Positions 58,939 to 64,000 of a stretch of DNA of 64,000 nucleotides are shown here, piece after piece. Numbering within the stretch: position 1 is the stretch's first letter; the number at the start of each line of letters is the position of its first letter. A program made the position numbers and the translations under genes. Source of the stretch: Occultella glacieicola (GTDB lineage Bacteria > Actinomycetota > Actinomycetes > Actinomycetales > Beutenbergiaceae); NCBI RefSeq assembly GCF_004353825.1, contig NZ_SMNA01000001.1:434001-498000 (forward strand), in the 5' to 3' direction. The notes under the pieces are model-generated. The model worked only from the letters and a program-made list of their open reading frames with translations. It did no database searches and was not told the origin of the DNA.

Positions 58939-60344
58939 GTTCGTGGTCCTTCCGCGGCCGCGTCGTCGGGCCCGACGGCGGAGCCCGGGTGAGTCCGTCC
59001 GGCGGCGGTCGCCCGTTCGGTCGAGCCGGTCGAGGGCGTCGAGCCGGTCGCGTCGGCCGCGCCTGTTGCATCCGATCCGATCGGGAACCTCACGGCGACG
59101 GCGGTGCCGCCTCCCGGAGTGGACTCCACGGTCAGGCTGCCGCCGAGCTCGGCGGCCCGGGACCGCATCGACGTCAGCCCGAACCCGCCGTCGGGCCCCG
59201 GCCTGGGGTGCTCGACCCCGGCGGCGGTGAGGCCGCCGGACTCGAATCCGACGCCGTCGTCCACCACGTCGAGGGACACCTGCTGGTCCATCACCGTCAG
59301 GGTCACGGTGGCCCGGCCGGCCCGGGCGTGGCGGGTGGTGTTGGCCAGGGCGGACTGGGCGACCCGCAGCAGCGCGACCTCCACCGGGGTCGGCAGGGCG
59401 ATCGGCCGGCCCTCCAGGTGGAACGCGACCGGGAGCGCCGCGCGTTCGGTGGTACGCGCACAGAGCCGCTCCAGGGCCGCGACGAGGGAGCCGCCCTGCA
59501 GGTCCGCCGGGGCGAGTGCGGCGACGAGACGGCGGGCCTCGCGCAGGTTCTCCTGTGCGGTGCTGCGGGCCTGCTCCACGAGGTCGGCCACCTCGGCCAG
59601 ATCGGATCGGCCGGGGAGGTCGGAGCAGACCCGGAGCCGGCGGCCGGACGCCAGCAGCAGGAGCTGGATGCTCGACAGGCCCTGGGCGAGCGTGTCGTGG
59701 ATCTCCCGGGCCAGGCGCTCCCGTTCGGCGAGCACGCCCTGCTCGCGTTCGGCAACGGCGAGCTCGGCCCGGGTCTGCAGCAGTTCGGCGATCAGTGCCC
59801 GGCGCCGCTCCGACTCCGCGCTCAACTGCCCGAAGCCCCACACCACGGCCACGGCCACGGCCGCGCCGAGGAACGGGCCGATCGCCATCGCCGGGGTGAA
59901 CGCCGGCTGGTGCCAGGCGAACCCGGCCACCGCCGCGACGGCCGTCAGCGCCACCAGGACCAGGCCCGTGCGCCAGGAGAGCAGGTGCAGCAGCAGGAAG
60001 AACCACGCGAACGCCAGCCAGATCGCATCCGGGGTGAGCCAGAGCAGCACCAGCCAGGCCAGGAGCAGCACCGCGAGCCAGAGGCCGGCTGCCCGAGATC
60101 CCGGCCGCACGGCCGGCGCCAGCGGGCCGACCGCGTACACCAGACCCACCACGATGGCGATGACCATGACCCCGACCGGTGTTCCGCCGTCGGCGGCGAA
60201 CGCCCGCGCGACGGCGAGGACCAGCAGCGCCGCGACCAGAAGGTGCAGGCACAGCCGCAGCAGCCACGGCACGGCCGAGGTGCCGGCGGACCCGGTGGCG
60301 CGTTGCCTGGTCGGCATGGCTGGCAGGGTCGGCAGGGTGGTCAT
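58935..60344 (-). CDS. Sensor histidine kinase, HisKA_3 (ChrS-like)
   Basis: ERERLAREIHDTLAQGLSSI, DDGVGF, GGFGL; N-terminal TMs. Confidence 0.92.
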   Translation of the reverse strand: MTTLPTLPAMPTRQRATGSAGTSAVPWLLRLCLHLLVAALLVLAVARAFAADGGTPVGVMVIAIVVGLVYAVGPLAPAVRPGSRAAGLWLAVLLLAWLVLLWLTPDAIWLAFAWFFLLLHLLSWRTGLVLVALTAVAAVAGFAWHQPAFTPAMAIGPFLGAAVAVAVVWGFGQLSAESERRRALIAELLQTRAELAVAEREQGVLAERERLAREIHDTLAQGLSSIQLLLLASGRRLRVCSDLPGRSDLAEVADLVEQARSTAQENLREARRLVAALAPADLQGGSLVAALERLCARTTERAALPVAFHLEGRPIALPTPVEVALLRVAQSALANTTRHARAGRATVTLTVMDQQVSLDVVDDGVGFESGGLTAAGVEHPRPGPDGGFGLTSMRSRAAELGGSLTVESTPGGGTAVAVRFPIGSDATGAADATGSTPSTGSTERATAAGRTHPGSAVGPDDAAAEGPRT

Positions 60345-60544
60345 GGCCGTCTCAGCCTACGGAGCCGCAGGGGGCGCGGCATCCGTCGAACGTTGGATCG
60401 CGTGCTCCGACCATCGCTGCCCGCGGTGCCGTCCGGCGGGCGATGTGGGGCAGGGGGCCCGAGCGGGACGCTGATCGAGGTCGCCCACCCGGCGGCCCGG
60501 CCCGCCCCCGTGCGGCCCCACGATCCACAGCCTGGAGATCACTC

Positions 60545-61606
60545 GTGTTCGTCGCCCTCAGGGACCTGAAGTTCGCGAAGGGACGGTTCGCCCTGATGGG
60601 CGCCGTCGTCACCCTCATCACCTTGCTCGTCGTGCTGCTGTCCGGGCTCACCGCCGGCCTCGGCCGCGAGAACGTCTCGGCCATCACGGACCTGGACGCC
60701 GACCACCTGGTGTTCGCCGCACCCGCGCAGGGGCAGGACATCTCGTTCTCCGACTCCGTGATCCCGGCGGGCACGCAAGAGGCCTGGACCGGGGTCGACG
60801 GCGTCGCCTCGGTCGAGCCGATCGCGCTCGGCATGTCCCGGGTGGAGTCGGGCGAGCGCTCCACCGGCGTCGCGTTCTTCGCCGTCGGCGGCTCCTCCAC
60901 GCTGCCGCCGGCGGCCGTGCGAGGCGGCGAGGTGGTGCTCGCCGAGCAGGCCGCCGAGGATCTCGGTGTGGTCGCCGGCGACACCGTCGCCGTCGGTGGG
61001 ACCGAGCTCGAGGTGGCCGCGGTCGCCGGGCGGGACTCCTACTCCCACGCCCCCGTCGCGTGGATCTCCACGGCGGACCGGCCGACGACCGGCGCCGACC
61101 CCACCGCCGCAACCGTCCTCGCGATCCACGCCGGCGCCGCGGACCTCCCGGCGGCGGACGCCGACCTCGGCACCGAGACCGTCACCGTCGCCGACTCGCT
61201 GAACGCGATCGGCTCCTACTCCTCCGAGAACGGCTCCCTGCAACTCATGCGGGGGCTGCTGCTCGCCATCTCCGCGCTCGTGATCGGTGCGTTCTTCACG
61301 GTCTGGACAGTGCAGCGCAGCCCCGAGATCGCGATCCTCAAGGCGGTCGGCGCGTCCACCGGCTATCTGTTGCGCGACGCCGTCGGGCAGGCGTTCGTGC
61401 TGCTGCTGTTCGGGACCGGGCTCGGCGCGGCGCTCGCCGCCGGTCTGGGGGCGCTCGCCTCGGCCGCGGTGCCGTTCGTCCTCGACCCGGCCACCGTGCT
61501 GCTGCCGGCCGCGCTACTGGTGGTGCTCGGCCTGGTCGGGGCGGCCGCCTCACTGCGCCGGATCGCCACTGTGGACCCACTGACGGCGCTCGGCAGCGCC
61601 CGCTGA
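60545..61606 (+). CDS. ABC transporter permease, FtsX/HrtB-like
   Basis: GTG 60545 (MFVALRDL), LSGLTAGL, AFFTVWTVQR..IAILKAVGAS. Confidence 0.88.
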   Translation: MFVALRDLKFAKGRFALMGAVVTLITLLVVLLSGLTAGLGRENVSAITDLDADHLVFAAPAQGQDISFSDSVIPAGTQEAWTGVDGVASVEPIALGMSRVESGERSTGVAFFAVGGSSTLPPAAVRGGEVVLAEQAAEDLGVVAGDTVAVGGTELEVAAVAGRDSYSHAPVAWISTADRPTTGADPTAATVLAIHAGAADLPAADADLGTETVTVADSLNAIGSYSSENGSLQLMRGLLLAISALVIGAFFTVWTVQRSPEIAILKAVGASTGYLLRDAVGQAFVLLLFGTGLGAALAAGLGALASAAVPFVLDPATVLLPAALLVVLGLVGAAASLRRIATVDPLTALGSAR

Positions 61607-61638
61607 ACCCCCAACCCCACCTGACCAGGAGAACCGCC

Positions 61639-62319
61639 ATGACCATGCACCTCAACGACGTCACCCTCACCTACCCCGACGGGGACGGCCGCCTCACCGC
61701 TCTCGACCACGTCACCGTGCACGCCGAGCCGGGTGCGCTCACGGCCGTCGTCGGACCGTCCGGCTCGGGCAAGTCCAGCCTGCTGGCCGTGGCCGCGACC
61801 CTGATCACCCCGGACTCCGGGCAGGTCCTGCTCGACGGCACCGACCTGGTCGGGCTGAGCCGGGCGCAGCGCACCAGCGTCCGGCGCAAGCGGATCGGCA
61901 TCGTGTTCCAGTCCGCGAACCTGCTCGCCTCCCTGACCGCGCTCGAACAGCTCACCGTGATGGCGCACCTCGCGGGCGGGGTGACCACGGCGGCCGGCGA
62001 GCGAGCCGCGGAACTGCTCGACGCCGTCGGGCTCGCCGCCCGGGCCGACCGCCGCCCGCACCAGCTCTCCGGCGGACAGCGCCAGCGGGTCACGATCGCC
62101 CGTGGGCTCATGAACGACCCGTCCGTGCTCCTCGTCGACGAGCCCACCAGCGCGCTGGACACCGAGCGCGGGGCCGCGATCCTGGACCTGCTGCGCCGGC
62201 TCACCACCGAGCGTGACCTGGCCACGATCGTGGTCACCCACGACCGGGACCACCTCGCCCACGCCGACCAGGTCGTCGAGATCACCGACGGCCGGGCCCG
62301 CGTGCTCGCCGCGGCCTGA
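61639..62319 (+). CDS. ABC transporter ATP-binding protein, HrtA-like
   Basis: GPSGSGKS, LSGGQRQR, VDEPTSALD; SD AGGAG, ATG 61639. Confidence 0.92.
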   Translation: MTMHLNDVTLTYPDGDGRLTALDHVTVHAEPGALTAVVGPSGSGKSSLLAVAATLITPDSGQVLLDGTDLVGLSRAQRTSVRRKRIGIVFQSANLLASLTALEQLTVMAHLAGGVTTAAGERAAELLDAVGLAARADRRPHQLSGGQRQRVTIARGLMNDPSVLLVDEPTSALDTERGAAILDLLRRLTTERDLATIVVTHDRDHLAHADQVVEITDGRARVLAAA

Positions 62320-62556
62320 GCACCGCGCCGAGCGTCCCACCGGAGCCGCCGAGGTAGTCACCTGGCCCTCGATTCAGTCCCGAACACCTGGCTGACTCGA
62401 GGGCCGGCCGACGGTCTCGGCGCATGGTGCCGCCGCGGCAGTCAGGTCAGGTCCCGTCGCTGCGGTCGTGCCCGGTCCGCCCCGATCGACCCTCGGTGCT
62501 ACCCGCCGCGGCGTCGTAGAGTGGAAACCCCACCCCAGCGGCCGAGATCGAGGTGA

Positions 62557-63174
62557 GTGCAGATGCCCGCCGAGACGATCACCGCTGCCACCGAGTTCGT
62601 CGTCACCACCCTCGCCGTGCTCGCCGGCACCGCTGCCGTGGGCGTCGCGGCCGTGGGCACCACGTTCTGGCTGGTGGTGCGTCGGGTGCGCCGCTCGAAG
62701 GCGCTTCGCCGCGGCATGGACCGCGGGCTGCTGGGCGCCCGCAGTGTGATGTCCGACGGCGCAGGTCGCCACGGCGCACGGCTCCAGTTGACCATCGCAC
62801 GGGAGCGGGAGGCGACCGCGAGGGCCCTCGCCGCGGCCGGGGCGCAGGGCCGTCCGGTCGGGGACCTGCCGGCCATCGCCGAGCAGTTGGAGTCGGTCGC
62901 CGACGGTCTCGACGAACGGCTCCGGCTCGTCGAGCGGGAACCGGATCCGGCCCTGCGGGACCGGATCACCCGGCGGCTCGCGGGCGAGGTCGGCGAGTAC
63001 CAGCGGCTCGCCACCGGGCTGCGGGAGTCGGCGATGGGCAACCACAGCGCCGCCGCGGAACTGGGAGCGGCCGCCGATCGCCTGCAGATCGAGGGTGAGG
63101 CGCTGCGGACCTGGGACGTCCACCGCGCGGAGCGCGACGCCCTGCCGGACTCCGGGACGGGTGGTCGTGGCTGA
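62557..63174 (+). CDS. Hypothetical TM + helical protein (putative PspA partner)
   Basis: SD GAGG, N-terminal hydrophobic helix then coiled-coil-like segment; overlaps the next gene. Confidence 0.65.
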   Translation: MQMPAETITAATEFVVTTLAVLAGTAAVGVAAVGTTFWLVVRRVRRSKALRRGMDRGLLGARSVMSDGAGRHGARLQLTIAREREATARALAAAGAQGRPVGDLPAIAEQLESVADGLDERLRLVEREPDPALRDRITRRLAGEVGEYQRLATGLRESAMGNHSAAAELGAAADRLQIEGEALRTWDVHRAERDALPDSGTGGRG

Positions 63175-63838
63175 GGGAAGCATCCGGGCCCGGCTGGTCC
63201 GCCTGGTTCGGGTGCGCCGAGCCGGCACCCCCACGGGCGACCCCGCCGAGCGGCTCGCCGCGCACCTGTCCGAACAGCAGGCGCTGCTGGCCACCGCCCG
63301 GCGCTCGCTCGTGGAGCTGGCCGTGAGCAGGCGGCGCACGGATCTGCAGGCGGGACGCGCCGACGACGAGGCCCGCGCCGCCACCGAACGGGCTCGGCGG
63401 GCTGTGGCGGACGGGCAGGACACGATCGCCAGGCGGCACCTGAGCGACGCCGTCGACGCCGAACGGCGCCGGGACGCCCTGCGGCAGCGGTTCGGCGTCC
63501 TGGACGGCCAGGTCACCCACCTCGAGCAGCGTCTCGACCTGCTCGAGTCCCAGTTGGGACAGGCCACCGCGCAGCTGCACGACCTGCGCGCCGACCGGGA
63601 CGCGGCGACCGCCGCCCTGAACATCCAGTCCGCGCTCGGCGCCGCCGGTGGTCAGACCGATCAGACCGCGCAGGCGCGCGACCACCTGCGCCGGATCCAG
63701 GCCGAGACGGCCGCCCGGGACGAGATCGCCTGGGACGACCCTGACTCCCCGCAGGTGCGGGCCGCGTTCGCGGACCTGGAGCGGACCATCGCGGCGAACC
63801 AGCGGCTGATCACCGGGCTCGACCACCCGCAGGGCTAG
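63167..63838 (+). CDS. PspA/IM30-like coiled-coil protein
   Basis: GTG 63167; DPAERL..L.EQ..LL..ARRSLVELAVSRRR, ARRAV.DGQD.IAR pattern. Confidence 0.7.
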   Translation: MAEGSIRARLVRLVRVRRAGTPTGDPAERLAAHLSEQQALLATARRSLVELAVSRRRTDLQAGRADDEARAATERARRAVADGQDTIARRHLSDAVDAERRRDALRQRFGVLDGQVTHLEQRLDLLESQLGQATAQLHDLRADRDAATAALNIQSALGAAGGQTDQTAQARDHLRRIQAETAARDEIAWDDPDSPQVRAAFADLERTIAANQRLITGLDHPQG

Positions 63839-63843
63839 CCGCC

Positions 63844-64000
63844 TCAGGCGAGTTCGCGCAGCGCCGCGCCCAGGTCCGTGTGCCGGAACTCGAACCCGGC
63901 GGCGAGTAGCTTCTCGGGGGCGACCCACCGGCTCTTGAGCACGAGCTCGGACTCCTGGCGCAGCACGAGCATCCCGATCTCCAGCAGCCACCGCGGCGCC
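63844..64000 (-). CDS. 3' end of TIGR01777/DUF1731-type NAD-dependent epimerase (truncated by window edge)
   Basis: ..ESELVLKSRWVAPEKLLAAGFEFRHTDLGAALRELA*. Confidence 0.8.
   Translation of the reverse strand, partial: APRWLLEIGMLVLRQESELVLKSRWVAPEKLLAAGFEFRHTDLGAALRELA

Noticed and set aside
1965..62319. A single heme-metabolism cluster (heme oxygenase, peroxidase, hrtBA-like)
   Set aside because: Genes lie more than 50 kb apart, separated by unrelated housekeeping loci
62364..62405. Hairpin GGCCCTCGA..TCGAGGGCC after the ABC ATPase as a novel RNA
   Set aside because: Position fits an ordinary U-tract-less actinobacterial terminator

Overview
High-GC actinobacterial chromosome segment; the gene content suggests Micrococcales (inference). 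It is mostly housekeeping and accessory metabolism: map, pgi, dcd, the mrp Na+/H+ antiporter operon, a TPP-riboswitch thiamine ABC transporter, tRNA-Gly(CCC), a vapBC-type TA pair, CmtR with a cation exporter, a ChrSA/HrtBA-like locus, and a heme oxygenase with a DtxR/IdeR box. Three things stand out. (1) A 1.2 kb gene-free interval (4735-5960) holds a cluster of DnaA boxes with no dnaA/dnaN nearby, followed by a ~720 nt hairpin-dense, terminator-ended candidate large ncRNA that I cannot assign to a known family. (2) A lower-GC island (~17.4-24.2 kb) encodes a 785 aa protein with tandem NDT/TIR-like domains fused to an Sll1717-type P-loop ATPase (candidate anti-phage protein), divergent from a 5'-nucleotidase and bracketed by IS110 and IS3 elements. 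(3) The IS110 element carries a readable bridge/seek-RNA-like 3' region whose loop sequences match its own insertion site; it appears to have inserted into the ATPase stop codon, swapping TAG for TGA. Family assignments come from motif recognition by eye; no database searches were run.
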